Positions 49,723-58,815 of a stretch of 64,000 nucleotides of DNA are shown in pieces. The notes below the pieces were generated by a model. The model saw only the letters and a program-made list of their open reading frames with translations, ran no database searches and was not told the origin of the DNA. The translations under genes and the position numbers were made by a program. The DNA comes from Lentimicrobiaceae bacterium. Lineage in GTDB: Bacteria; Bacteroidota; Bacteroidia; Bacteroidales; JALOCA01. Each line of letters opens with the position of its first letter. Position 1 is the first letter of the stretch. The stretch is taken from contig JALOCA010000002.1 of NCBI GenBank assembly GCA_023227965.1, positions 65,457 through 129,456 on the forward strand. The letters are read 5' to 3'.

Positions 49723-51978
49723 TCAATTTATTCTGCTTACCCGTGATACCCCTTTTATTTTTTTCAATTGTGCGATTAAAATGTTAAGATTCTCAGCATT
49801 ATGTATAAATAGCATAATTTCTCCTTCGGTTACGCCTTCGTTGCTACTAAAGTGAAGCGAACGAATATTCAGATTGTGTTGTTCGGCAATAACCCTCGTT
49901 ATATCAAGCACAAAACCAATTTTATCTATTCCGGTAATTCGCACTCCGGTAAGAAATGAAATTTCGCCTTCCTGCCTCCATTTGGCTTTTACAATCCTGT
50001 TTCCAAACCTCGACATCAACTCACGGGCAATTTTACAGTTGGTACGATGGATATCAATGGTTTCATTATCACTAACCAAACCCACTACATCGTCGCCTGG
50101 AATGGGATTACAGCAATCGGAAATACAATAAATCACTTTGTCGAAATCGGCAATCAGAACCTGGGTGTCATTTTTCCCTTTAAGTTTATTTTGCATGCTC
50201 TCAGAAAGGTTTCTCGGCTTATCTTCATTTTTTTGCTTGGAAAAAGGCATCCGTATGTATTTCAGCCAGCTATTACTTTTGTCGGATTCGTGGCAGCTGT
50301 TTTTCAATTCCTTGATACCTACTTCGCCAAGAGCAACCTTGTAATACAAATCGGTAAGAGAAGATAATTTATTAAATTCCTGAAATCGTATAACATTACT
50401 TTTAATAAATTCTATATTCAACTGGTTAAAAATTTCCTCCAGTATTTTTTTTCCTTCGGTTGCACGTTGTTTCCTTTCTTCGCGGAGGGCTTCCCTGATT
50501 TTAGCTTTTGCCCTTGCCGTAATTACAAAATCAAGCCATTCTTCTTTGGGTTTTTCTTTTTTTGATGAAATGATTTCTACTTTGTCTCCGCTTGTTAGCT
50601 GGTGTTTAAGGGTTACCAGCTTGTTATTTACCTTAGCAGCAATGCAGGTACTTCCCAGGTTAGTATGGATGCTGTAAGCAAAATCAAGGGTTGTGGCATT
50701 GATAGGGAGTATCTTGGGGTCTCCCTTCGGAGTAAATACGGTAATTTCCTCGGGATACAAATTAAGTCTGACGGTTTCTACAAAATCAAGGGCATTTTCG
50801 TCGGCATTCTGTACAATTTCGCTGATACGTTCAAGCCATTGGTCCAAACCGCTGGGAGTATTACTTCTTTCTTTGTATTTCCAGTGGGCGGCATAGCCTT
50901 TTTCGGCAATTTCGTGCATCCTGCGGGTACGTATCTGTACCTCCACCCATTGTCCGTTATCGCTAACGACAGTAGTATGCAATGCTTCATAACCGTTAGC
51001 TTTGGGAATTGAAATCCAATCACGAAAGCGGTTGGGCAATGGATTATAAAACCGGGTAACTATGTTATACACTTTCAGACACTCATCCTTTTCAACGAAC
51101 TTATCGTTGAGGTCATCATCAGTTGATAATTCGATAATTATACGAATGGCAAAAACATCGTACATTTCTTCAAATGCCACTTCTTTTTTTTGCATCTTTT
51201 TCCAGATGGAAAAAACAGATTTATCATGAAAAATTATCTCAAATGCGCTGTTTCGTTTTTGAAGTTCTTTAACAATAGGGCTGATGAAGTGCGCAATAAA
51301 AGCTTTCCGTTCTGGTTCGGTTTCTTTTAGCTTTTTATAGATTGCGTTATAACTTTCTTGCTGTGTAAACCTGAAGGCGAGATCTTCCAACTCACTTTTT
51401 ATGGCATATAAACCTAAGCGGTGTGCAAGCGGAACATACAAAAAAGTAGTTTCTGACGCAATTTTTAGCTGTTTTTCATGTGCCATAAACTCGAGGGTTC
51501 GCATGTTGTGCAGCCTGTCGCCTAATTTTATCAGCATAACTCTTACATCAATAGAAAGGGTTAACAAAATTTTACGGTGGTTCTCATCCTGTATTGTCCC
51601 AGTAGAAGAATCGGAAATTTTTTTGATTTTTGTGAGTCCATCCGTAATTTGTGCGACTTTTTCCCCGAATGCATCGCGAATATCTTCGAGTGGATAACCT
51701 GCATCTTCCACTACATCATGCAGCAAAGCACAAATAATGGAAGTTTCGCCCAATCCTATTTCTCCTGCGCATATTCTTGCAACTTCGAGAGGATGATAAA
51801 TATAAGGCTCTCCACTTTTGCGTCGCATATCTTTATGTGCTCGCAATGCCAGTTTAAACGCCTTTTGTACCATAGAAGTATCGCGAAACTCCTTTGTATG
51901 CATACGCCAGGTATTTAGCAACTTGCGATACCTGCGAATGATTTCTCGTTTTTCCTGTTCCGGGTCTATCTGGTACAT
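49723..51978 (-). CDS. bifunctional RelA/SpoT family (p)ppGpp synthetase/hydrolase
   Basis: 751 aa. The HD hydrolase domain shows YIYHPLEVA and LLHDVVEDA. The synthetase domain shows ANGYEALHTTV and EVQIRT. TGS and C-terminal ACT-like regions are also present. Confidence 0.93.
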   Translation of the reverse strand: MYQIDPEQEKREIIRRYRKLLNTWRMHTKEFRDTSMVQKAFKLALRAHKDMRRKSGEPYIYHPLEVARICAGEIGLGETSIICALLHDVVEDAGYPLEDIRDAFGEKVAQITDGLTKIKKISDSSTGTIQDENHRKILLTLSIDVRVMLIKLGDRLHNMRTLEFMAHEKQLKIASETTFLYVPLAHRLGLYAIKSELEDLAFRFTQQESYNAIYKKLKETEPERKAFIAHFISPIVKELQKRNSAFEIIFHDKSVFSIWKKMQKKEVAFEEMYDVFAIRIIIELSTDDDLNDKFVEKDECLKVYNIVTRFYNPLPNRFRDWISIPKANGYEALHTTVVSDNGQWVEVQIRTRRMHEIAEKGYAAHWKYKERSNTPSGLDQWLERISEIVQNADENALDFVETVRLNLYPEEITVFTPKGDPKILPINATTLDFAYSIHTNLGSTCIAAKVNNKLVTLKHQLTSGDKVEIISSKKEKPKEEWLDFVITARAKAKIREALREERKQRATEGKKILEEIFNQLNIEFIKSNVIRFQEFNKLSSLTDLYYKVALGEVGIKELKNSCHESDKSNSWLKYIRMPFSKQKNEDKPRNLSESMQNKLKGKNDTQVLIADFDKVIYCISDCCNPIPGDDVVGLVSDNETIDIHRTNCKIARELMSRFGNRIVKAKWRQEGEISFLTGVRITGIDKIGFVLDITRVIAEQHNLNIRSLHFSSNEGVTEGEIMLFIHNAENLNILIAQLKKIKGVSRVSRIN

Positions 51979-52319
51979 AAAGGGTATTAAAAATGCGATT
52001 ATGCGCTTACAAAATTAATAAAATGCGAATTGTATTTTACTTTAAGGCTTTTCATCTTTCAATAAATTTGCGATGTTAACTGCATACTAAAAATAATCCG
52101 TAGTAAAAATCTTCGGATATTTTATATTTTTTATTATCTCCATTGCAACCTAGACTGGAACTTATGGGATTTTCTTATCTTTGTGGCAGGATTTTTGTAA
52201 ATATTTATCAAAACCAATACCATCTATACTATGAAACGAGCATGTTCGTTAAACACAAATACGGATGAAGATCTCACATGCGAGTTCCATCCGATTTTAA
52301 ATTTAAAAATTATTTACGG

Positions 52320-52898
52320 ATGAAAAAGTTAATTGTAAGCGTACTTTTTGTTGTATGCACCGTTTTTTCCTTTGCCCAAAAATTTGCCTATGTTGACACG
52401 GAATATATACTCAAAAACATTCCGGAGTACAATGATGCCCAAGCCCAGTTGGACGAACTGTCTATACAATGGCAGAAGGAAATAGAAACCCGTTTTGCGG
52501 AAATAGATAAGATGTATAAAGACTTTCAGAATGAAGCTGTATTGCTTCCCGCCGACGCAAAAAAGAAGAAAGAAGATGCAATAGTCAGCAAAGAAAAAGA
52601 GGCTAAAGATTTGCAAAAAAAGAGATTCGGAAAGGATAGTGACCTTACGAAAAAGCGCCAGGAATTGGTAAAACCCATTCAGGAAAAAATTTACAACGCC
52701 ATTGAAGAGTATGCCAACGAAAGTGGCTATGCCGTAATTTTCGATAAATCGGGCAGCCTTACCATGCTATATTCGAATGGGAAATATGATGTAAGTGACC
52801 AGATTCTCGACAAATTGGGATACACGTATTCTAAAAGGACAGATGAAAGCCCGAAAAAAGAAAGCAGTAAAGGCGGGAATACTGAGGTAAAAAAATAA
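52320..52898 (+). CDS. OmpH/Skp family periplasmic chaperone
   Basis: I take the start at MKKLIVSVLFVVCTVFSFAQ, a signal peptide at ATG 52320. The rest is KFAYVDTEYIL, a coiled-coil Lys/Glu-rich middle and a basic tail. Confidence 0.85.
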   Translation: MKKLIVSVLFVVCTVFSFAQKFAYVDTEYILKNIPEYNDAQAQLDELSIQWQKEIETRFAEIDKMYKDFQNEAVLLPADAKKKKEDAIVSKEKEAKDLQKKRFGKDSDLTKKRQELVKPIQEKIYNAIEEYANESGYAVIFDKSGSLTMLYSNGKYDVSDQILDKLGYTYSKRTDESPKKESSKGGNTEVKK

Positions 52899-52904
52899 AA
52901 TTCC

Positions 52905-52912
52905 TATCTTTG
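52905..52912 (+). promoter_or_regulatory. candidate -7 promoter element (TAtcTTTG)
   Basis: tatctttg lies 34 nt upstream of ATG 52947. Confidence 0.3.
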
Positions 52913-52946
52913 CCGTTCCAAATTTATTAATAAACACTTTTAACCC

Positions 52947-53495
52947 ATGAAAAATACTATTAAAGCTTGTCTGCTGATAGGAATTTGTATGCTTACAATT
53001 TCGGTTTCTGCCCAAACCAATTCAAAGTTGGGACATCTTGATTTTGCAAAACTCTATAGCTTAATTCCAGGTCAGGATTCTATTCAGAAAATTTATTCTG
53101 ATTATCAAAAAACAATTAAAGATCAGTTTGATGCTATGCAGGCTGAACTCGAAAGCAAATACAACGACTACCAAGCAAACAATGCTACATGGTCGGCTAT
53201 TATCAAACAAAATAAAGAAAAAGAAATAGCAGATTTACAAGATCGCATGCAGGCTTTCCAGCAAAATGCCCAGCAGGATTTGCAAAACAAAGAATCTGAA
53301 CTAACCGCACCTTTAATTGAAAAAGCTAAAAAAGCTGTTAGGGATGTCGCCAAAGAAAATGGCTTTACTTATGTTTTTAACAGTGGAGACAACGGCGTAA
53401 CGATACTTTATACTTCCGACAACAGTGAAGATCTGATGCCTCTCGTTAAAAAGAAACTCGGAATAAAAGAAGAAAAGAAAGAAGTAAAAAAATAA
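52947..53495 (+). CDS. OmpH/Skp family periplasmic chaperone (second tandem copy)
   Basis: 182 aa with a signal peptide ending ISVSAQ, then KLGHLDFAKLY and a coiled-coil Gln/Lys-rich core. Confidence 0.85.
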   Translation: MKNTIKACLLIGICMLTISVSAQTNSKLGHLDFAKLYSLIPGQDSIQKIYSDYQKTIKDQFDAMQAELESKYNDYQANNATWSAIIKQNKEKEIADLQDRMQAFQQNAQQDLQNKESELTAPLIEKAKKAVRDVAKENGFTYVFNSGDNGVTILYTSDNSEDLMPLVKKKLGIKEEKKEVKK

Positions 53496-53518
53496 TACCA
53501 TTTGTATATAGTTACAAC

Positions 53519-53549
53519 AAAAGCTCCCGTATGCACAGGAGCTTTTTTT
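53519..53549 (+). terminator. rho-independent terminator after the skp pair
   Basis: AAAAGCTCC (53519-53527) pairs with GGAGCTTTT (53538-53546) around a 10-nt loop. The T run extends to 53549. Confidence 0.7.
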
Positions 53550-53629
53550 ATAGGCTACACTTTTAGTATCAAAAACTTTATTATTCACTTTTCGTAATGT
53601 GCTTTTTGCTGCTTAGAATAAAAAAAATT

Positions 53630-55456
53630 ATGTATAAATTATTGTTTTTAGTTGGTCTGTTGATGTGTACTTGTACTGTTTTTCCACAGGGACAATCCTA
53701 TACCAACGAACAATTAGCCTTACAATACATGATGAACCGTGAATTCGACAAAGCAGTGGAAATTTATGAGGATTTGTATAATAAAAATCCTACCCAGTAT
53801 TATTTTTCCAATTATACCTTTTGCCTGATAGAACTGCAGAATTATGAAAAAGCGGAAAAAATAATTAAGAAACATATTCGATCCCACCCCAAAGAACCCA
53901 AATTTTTGGTAGATTTAGGCTACGTATACAGCAAAGAAGGTGAGCAACGCAAGTCTGAAAATGCATATAATGAAGCTATTGAAAAAATGAAGCCCGACAG
54001 GCAGCAAATCACAGAATTGGCTAATGCCTTTTTGGTAAAACGGGAAAATGAAAGAGCCATCGAAACCATAAAAAAAGGAAGAAACCTGCTTCCCGATAAA
54101 TATCCCTTCAGCATAGAACTTGCCGACATTTACGAAAGGCAGGAGGACTGGTCGAATTATTATAACGAACTGCTTGACCTGATTATATTTGATTATCAGT
54201 ATTTGCAAAATGTGCAAAATAAATTGCAGGATAACCTTACCAATGACCCCGAAAACAAAAAAAATGAAGCTTTCCGGAATATTTTGTTGAAACGGATACA
54301 AAAATTCCCGGAACAACAATTTTATGCGGAACTGATGATTTGGTATTCTATTCAACAAAAAGATTTTGCCTCTGCCTTGTTACAAGCAAAAGCTTTAGAC
54401 CGCCGGAATGGTGAAAACGGACAGCGCATCATGGAAATTGGCGACTTGGCAACCACCAATAAAAAATACGAACTTGCAGAAGATGCTTATAGTTACATTG
54501 TTACAAAAAAAGGGGAAGAAAGTCCCTATTATGTAAACAGTAGAATTGCTTTGCTCGAAACTCGTATGAACAGGCTGATTCCGGATTTTCCATTGAACAA
54601 AGAAAAAATGCTGGCACTGGAAAATGAAATGTACAGTACACTGAGTACTTTGGGGAAGAATCGCAATACCATTCCCCTGATGCGCGCCCTTGCCCGTTTG
54701 GAAGCCTTTTATCTTTCAAAAAACAATACTGCCATAGCACTATTGAATGAAGCCATCAATATCGAAAATATAAGTACCATAATTCAAGCCGAATGCAAAC
54801 TTGACTTGGCAGATATCATGCTTTTTTCGGGTGAACAATGGGAAGCCACCCTTTTGTATTCACAGGTTGAAAAATCCTTACCCAACGACCCGCTTGCACA
54901 CGAAGCCAAATTCAGGAATGCCCGTCTTTTTTATTTTATCGGGGAATTTAGTTGGGCGAAAGCACAATTAGACGTTTTAAAAGCAGCTACAAGCAAGTTG
55001 ATTGCCAACGATGCTATGCAATTATCGCTTTTGATTGCTGATAACACCAATCCCGATAGCACCTCTACCGAACTTGCCATGTACAGCCGCGCTGATTTTC
55101 TTCTTTACCAAAATAAAAAAGAAATGGCTTTGCAAACCCTCGATTCGCTACTTACAAGTTTTTCTTCACACCCTATAATCAGTCAGGTTATTTTTAAAGA
55201 ATCAGAAATCAGAATTTTACAAGGTCGTTATCTGGATGCCGATACGTTATTGGGTCAGATTTTGGTTACCTATCCTTACAGCATTCTTGCTGATGATGCG
55301 CTAATGAAACGTGCTGAATTGTATGAAAATCAATTCCAAAACCCAACGAAAGCCATGTACTTTTACCAGAAATTGATGACCAATTACCCCGGAAGCCTTT
55401 TTGTAGAAGAAGCCCGCAAACGGTTCAGGGCTTTAAGGGGCGATCTGGTAAATTGA
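53630..55456 (+). CDS. secreted tetratricopeptide-repeat (TPR) protein
   Basis: I take the start at MYKLLFLVGLLMCTCTVFPQ (ATG 53630). The protein is about 608 aa of repeated helical Ala/Tyr/Leu-patterned units (for example FDKAVEIYEDLYNKNP and YELAEDAYSYIV). Confidence 0.75.
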   Translation: MYKLLFLVGLLMCTCTVFPQGQSYTNEQLALQYMMNREFDKAVEIYEDLYNKNPTQYYFSNYTFCLIELQNYEKAEKIIKKHIRSHPKEPKFLVDLGYVYSKEGEQRKSENAYNEAIEKMKPDRQQITELANAFLVKRENERAIETIKKGRNLLPDKYPFSIELADIYERQEDWSNYYNELLDLIIFDYQYLQNVQNKLQDNLTNDPENKKNEAFRNILLKRIQKFPEQQFYAELMIWYSIQQKDFASALLQAKALDRRNGENGQRIMEIGDLATTNKKYELAEDAYSYIVTKKGEESPYYVNSRIALLETRMNRLIPDFPLNKEKMLALENEMYSTLSTLGKNRNTIPLMRALARLEAFYLSKNNTAIALLNEAINIENISTIIQAECKLDLADIMLFSGEQWEATLLYSQVEKSLPNDPLAHEAKFRNARLFYFIGEFSWAKAQLDVLKAATSKLIANDAMQLSLLIADNTNPDSTSTELAMYSRADFLLYQNKKEMALQTLDSLLTSFSSHPIISQVIFKESEIRILQGRYLDADTLLGQILVTYPYSILADDALMKRAELYENQFQNPTKAMYFYQKLMTNYPGSLFVEEARKRFRALRGDLVN

Positions 55457-55850
55457 TGCAAATAATATCTGCATAGGGCTATTCTGGTTATCCTTTAAAT
55501 AGTTGTTTCTTTGAACAGTGAATGATATTAGATATTAACATAACAAGACCGTTGCAAAATGCTACGAGAGTTAGTTTTCTAACTTTGTGTTGATAATTTT
55601 TGTTTTTCGTGATAAAACAGCTTTTTTTACTATTTTCGCTTCATTATATCTCAATAATATTACTGTAAATGAGGGGAAAAACTCTTATTTTTTAGCATTG
55701 GGAGATATATAGAAACACCCGCCAATCCAACCACGGATATTACGGACATGGCTGCCTGTGCCGAAATAGTACACAAACACAATACACTAATGATTAACGT
55801 TTTTTTTATCAGGTTGCGTAAAAAATTAAATTGAACTATTTGTTAATGAA

Positions 55851-55877
55851 GAAGGATACCATTTAAAGGTATCCTTC
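55851..55877 (-). terminator. perfect 10-bp hairpin, likely bidirectional terminator just 3' of the usp gene
   Basis: GAAGGATACC-ATTTAAA-GGTATCCTTC sits 19 nt beyond the stop at 55896-55898. On the plus strand TTTG follows it. On the minus strand it is followed by ATTAACAAATAG, which is only weakly U-rich. Confidence 0.55.
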
Positions 55878-55895
55878 TTTGAAAATTTCCCAACT

Positions 55896-57023
55896 TTAAA
55901 ACGGAAAAACCAATAGTGGCAAACGGGTATGGTACAACATCCGCTTTGTCATACTGGGATTAAGTAACCTTTGGATGATGTTCCGTTTGTGGGTGGTCAT
56001 GGCTAACAGTCCGATATTATTATTGCGGATATAGGTTTCCAGGCTGTTAAAAACATTGTCGCCCACTATCATTTCGCATTCCACTTGCATTCCACCAAAT
56101 TTATCTTGTAAAAATTGCTGCATTTCATTAAATTTGGCTTTATCCCAGGGCTTTTTTATGCCGAGACTTACATGTACACAATGTACTTTGGCATTAAACG
56201 GCTCAATGAATTGCAATAGTTCACTCAATGCAAGAAAGTCAGTATCATCAAAATCGGTAGCGTACAATACATTTAAATTTTTATTGACGCCTTCAAACTG
56301 ATAATCGTGGGGGATGGCGAGCACAGGGATAGAAGATTTTTCAATGAGTTCGGCAGTAGTACCTCCCACAACAGATTTTTTGTCTCCCTTCCCGCGCATT
56401 CCCATTATAATGATATCAGGTTTATATTTTTGCGAATACATCATAATGGCTTCGGCAGGGATACCTTCCGCTATAGATTTGCTGATTTCCGGCATGTATT
56501 CCGATTTGGTTTTTACTTGGTTTACAACAATCCGTTTGTATTTTTCCAAAGCTTTTTGCATTTCTTTTCCGGTATCGGTTACCAAGGAGTAGGTATCGGC
56601 AAGCATGGGAAAAGTATGATCTTCATAGGGCGATGCAGCAAAACTGGGCTGAAGATAAGTGTGTAACAAACGGATTTTGGCTTGCAAAACCCTTGCAAGA
56701 CCAATAGCAAAACGAAAACCAACAGTGGATTGCTCTGAAAAATCAACAGGAACCAGAATTTTTTTAATCTTTCCTTCTTTTTTGGCAAGCAATTTCAGGT
56801 CTTCACCATATTCCTGCTTTACATCTTCAATAATTTTCATAGCATGTTCCACGTCGGCTTCACGAATCATGATTTGTACCCCTGCCGAAACATCGGGCTG
56901 AATCATATTTTCATTCAGCGTGAAGCATTCAATATTCTCGGATTCAAATCGCGCCTGCAGTATAAGTGCTCTTGAATACGAATAAGTTGCAATGTGTAAT
57001 ATCCGGTTTTTCATGGCTAACAT
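55896..57023 (-). CDS. DUF2007-like N-terminal domain fused to tandem universal stress protein (UspA) domains
   Basis: 375 aa (an alternative ATG lies at 57014). The first ~70 aa (ARFESENIECF...IMIREADVEHAMKII) resemble the small DUF2007 fold. Two Usp domains follow (KILVPVDFS...IIIMGMRGKG...GGTTAELI and VLYATDFD...LLAMTTH). Confidence 0.75.
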   Translation of the reverse strand: MLAMKNRILHIATYSYSRALILQARFESENIECFTLNENMIQPDVSAGVQIMIREADVEHAMKIIEDVKQEYGEDLKLLAKKEGKIKKILVPVDFSEQSTVGFRFAIGLARVLQAKIRLLHTYLQPSFAASPYEDHTFPMLADTYSLVTDTGKEMQKALEKYKRIVVNQVKTKSEYMPEISKSIAEGIPAEAIMMYSQKYKPDIIIMGMRGKGDKKSVVGGTTAELIEKSSIPVLAIPHDYQFEGVNKNLNVLYATDFDDTDFLALSELLQFIEPFNAKVHCVHVSLGIKKPWDKAKFNEMQQFLQDKFGGMQVECEMIVGDNVFNSLETYIRNNNIGLLAMTTHKRNIIQRLLNPSMTKRMLYHTRLPLLVFPF

Positions 57024-57131
57024 TTTTTCTCAAATATAATAAAAAAATTATAATGCTTCCTGTTTTTTTACAAATTTTAAAAAAGATGCAAGTGCTATAA
57101 AATCAATGGTGTATTGAACACCTAGTATTTG

Positions 57132-57139
57132 TACCTTTG
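57132..57139 (+). promoter_or_regulatory. candidate -7 promoter element (TAccTTTG)
   Basis: tacctttg lies 18 nt upstream of ATG 57158. Confidence 0.4.
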
Positions 57140-57157
57140 CTGCCCTATTTATAAAAA

Positions 57158-58768
57158 ATGAAAAGAGAAGAATCGTCCTTCGGGAGAAGGAAACCTGATG
57201 AAAAGCATTCTGATGAAAAATCAGTATCTGGCAAAAGACCCCGGATAACAACTTACGGAGTGAAAAAATCTGAACCCTCTTACAAGGAAAAATCAAGAGA
57301 TAAACACGAACGTCCCTACAAAGAAAGAAAATCCGGGAAGGAAGACGGTGCAAAACCTTACGAACGTAAACCTTATGGCGAAAGAAGTCCTCGTCGCGAA
57401 AGTAATGACAAACCTTACGAACGTAAACCCTACGGAGAAAGACGTCCACGTCGTGAAAGTGAAGACAAACCCTACGAGCGTAAACCCTATGGCGAAAGAA
57501 GTCCTCGTCGTGAAAGTGAAGACAAACCTTACGAACGTAAACCCTATAGCGAAAGACGTCCTCGTCGTGAAAGTGAAGGCAAACCCTACGAACGTAAACC
57601 CTATGGCGAAAGACGTCCACGTCGTGAAAGTGAAGGCAAACCTTACGAACGTAAACCCTATGGCGAAAGACGTCCACGTCGTGAAAGTGAAGACAAACCT
57701 TACGAACGTAAACCCTACGGTGAAAGACGTCCTCGTCGCGAAAGTGAAGACAAACCTTACGAACGTAAACCTTATGGCGAAAGAAGTCCTCGTCGCGAAA
57801 GTGAAGACAAACCCTACGAGCGTAAACCCTATGGCGAAAGACGTCCTCGTCGCGAAAGTGATGACAAATCCTACGAACGCAAAAAACCGGAAGAAGAAAG
57901 CGACAGCAAGCCCTTTATAATCACAAGAAGTTGGGATGCAGGCGACGAAAAACCCCGCCGAAAAACAAAAGAATTCAAAGAACGCCCTAAAACCAGGTTC
58001 GATACAAAAAACAAATCTGATGAAGACGCTGATATGCACAGCAAAAAAGATGAAGACGGCTTAATCCGACTCAACAAATACCTTTCCAATGCAGGAGTGT
58101 GTTCACGCCGCGAAGCCGACGAATTGATTCAGGCAGGAGCCGTTTCCGTAAATGGAGTCATCATCACGGAACTGGGGCATAAAATTTCGCCCGACGACAA
58201 AGTGCAATATGGAGGTGAAACTCTTCATCGCGAAAAGTACCAATATGTCTTGCTTAATAAGCCCAAAGGATACATTACTACCCTCGACGACCCCGATGAA
58301 AGAAAAACCGTGATGCTTCTGGTTCAGGATGCCTGTAAAGAGCGCATTTATCCTGTTGGCAGACTCGACAGGAACACTACTGGGCTATTGCTGTTCACCA
58401 ATGATGGCGAACTGACGAAAAAGCTGACCCATCCACGTTACAATATCCGGAAAATTTATCATGCTACCCTTGATAAATCCCTTACACATAACGATTTTTT
58501 ACAACTTACCGAAGGTGTCGAACTCGAAGACGGTTTCATAAAAATAGACGAACTGGCTTATGTAGGTGAAGGGAAAAAAGAATTGGGGTTGGAAATTCAT
58601 TCCGGGCAAAACAGAGTTGTCCGTCGTTTATTCGAACATTTGGGATACGATGTTGTTAAGTTAGATCGGGTTTCTTTTGCCGGACTTACCAAAAAAGACC
58701 TGCCCCGTGGAAAATGTCGCCATCTTACCCAACAGGAAATAAATTTTCTGAAAATGATGAAAGCGTAA
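57158..58768 (+). CDS. rluB: RluB/RsuA-family pseudouridine synthase with a ~290-aa repetitive charged N-terminal extension
   Basis: The C-terminal 245 aa hold an S4 domain (IRLNKYLSNAGVCSRREADELI) and the catalytic motif YPVGRLDRNTTGLLLFTNDGEL. The N-terminal part is K/R/E/P/Y-rich low-complexity sequence that includes nine tandem 19-aa repeats. Confidence 0.88.
   Translation: MKREESSFGRRKPDEKHSDEKSVSGKRPRITTYGVKKSEPSYKEKSRDKHERPYKERKSGKEDGAKPYERKPYGERSPRRESNDKPYERKPYGERRPRRESEDKPYERKPYGERSPRRESEDKPYERKPYSERRPRRESEGKPYERKPYGERRPRRESEGKPYERKPYGERRPRRESEDKPYERKPYGERRPRRESEDKPYERKPYGERSPRRESEDKPYERKPYGERRPRRESDDKSYERKKPEEESDSKPFIITRSWDAGDEKPRRKTKEFKERPKTRFDTKNKSDEDADMHSKKDEDGLIRLNKYLSNAGVCSRREADELIQAGAVSVNGVIITELGHKISPDDKVQYGGETLHREKYQYVLLNKPKGYITTLDDPDERKTVMLLVQDACKERIYPVGRLDRNTTGLLLFTNDGELTKKLTHPRYNIRKIYHATLDKSLTHNDFLQLTEGVELEDGFIKIDELAYVGEGKKELGLEIHSGQNRVVRRLFEHLGYDVVKLDRVSFAGLTKKDLPRGKCRHLTQQEINFLKMMKA
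57353..57865 (+). repeat. 9 x 57-bp in-frame tandem repeat encoding KPYERKPYGER(R/S)PRRES(E/N/D)(D/G)
   Basis: Aligned by hand, with unit starts at 57353, 57410, 57467, 57524, 57581, 57638, 57695, 57752 and 57809. A degenerate tenth unit follows (KSYERKKPEEE). Confidence 0.95.
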
Positions 58769-58815
58769 TCAAATTTTTACAATTTTCGCACCCCAAAATT
58801 AACAAACCGAACATT

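Noticed and set aside
57353-57865. The tandem repeat array considered as a possible CRISPR array or non-coding satellite.
   Set aside because: The units abut directly with no spacers. They are 57 bp (19 codons) long and in frame with a recognisable enzyme. No cas genes are present in the window.
57048-58039. Long ORFs on the minus strand (57048..57677, 209 aa; 57293..58039, 248 aa) and a second plus-strand frame (57348..57920) across the rluB repeat region.
   Set aside because: They are by-products of the 57-bp periodic sequence, because any frame of a stop-free repeat stays open. Their products are pure low-complexity (FTFVRFVFTF... and VYVRKVCLHFHD...). The frame that continues into the S4 and pseudouridine synthase domains is the real one.
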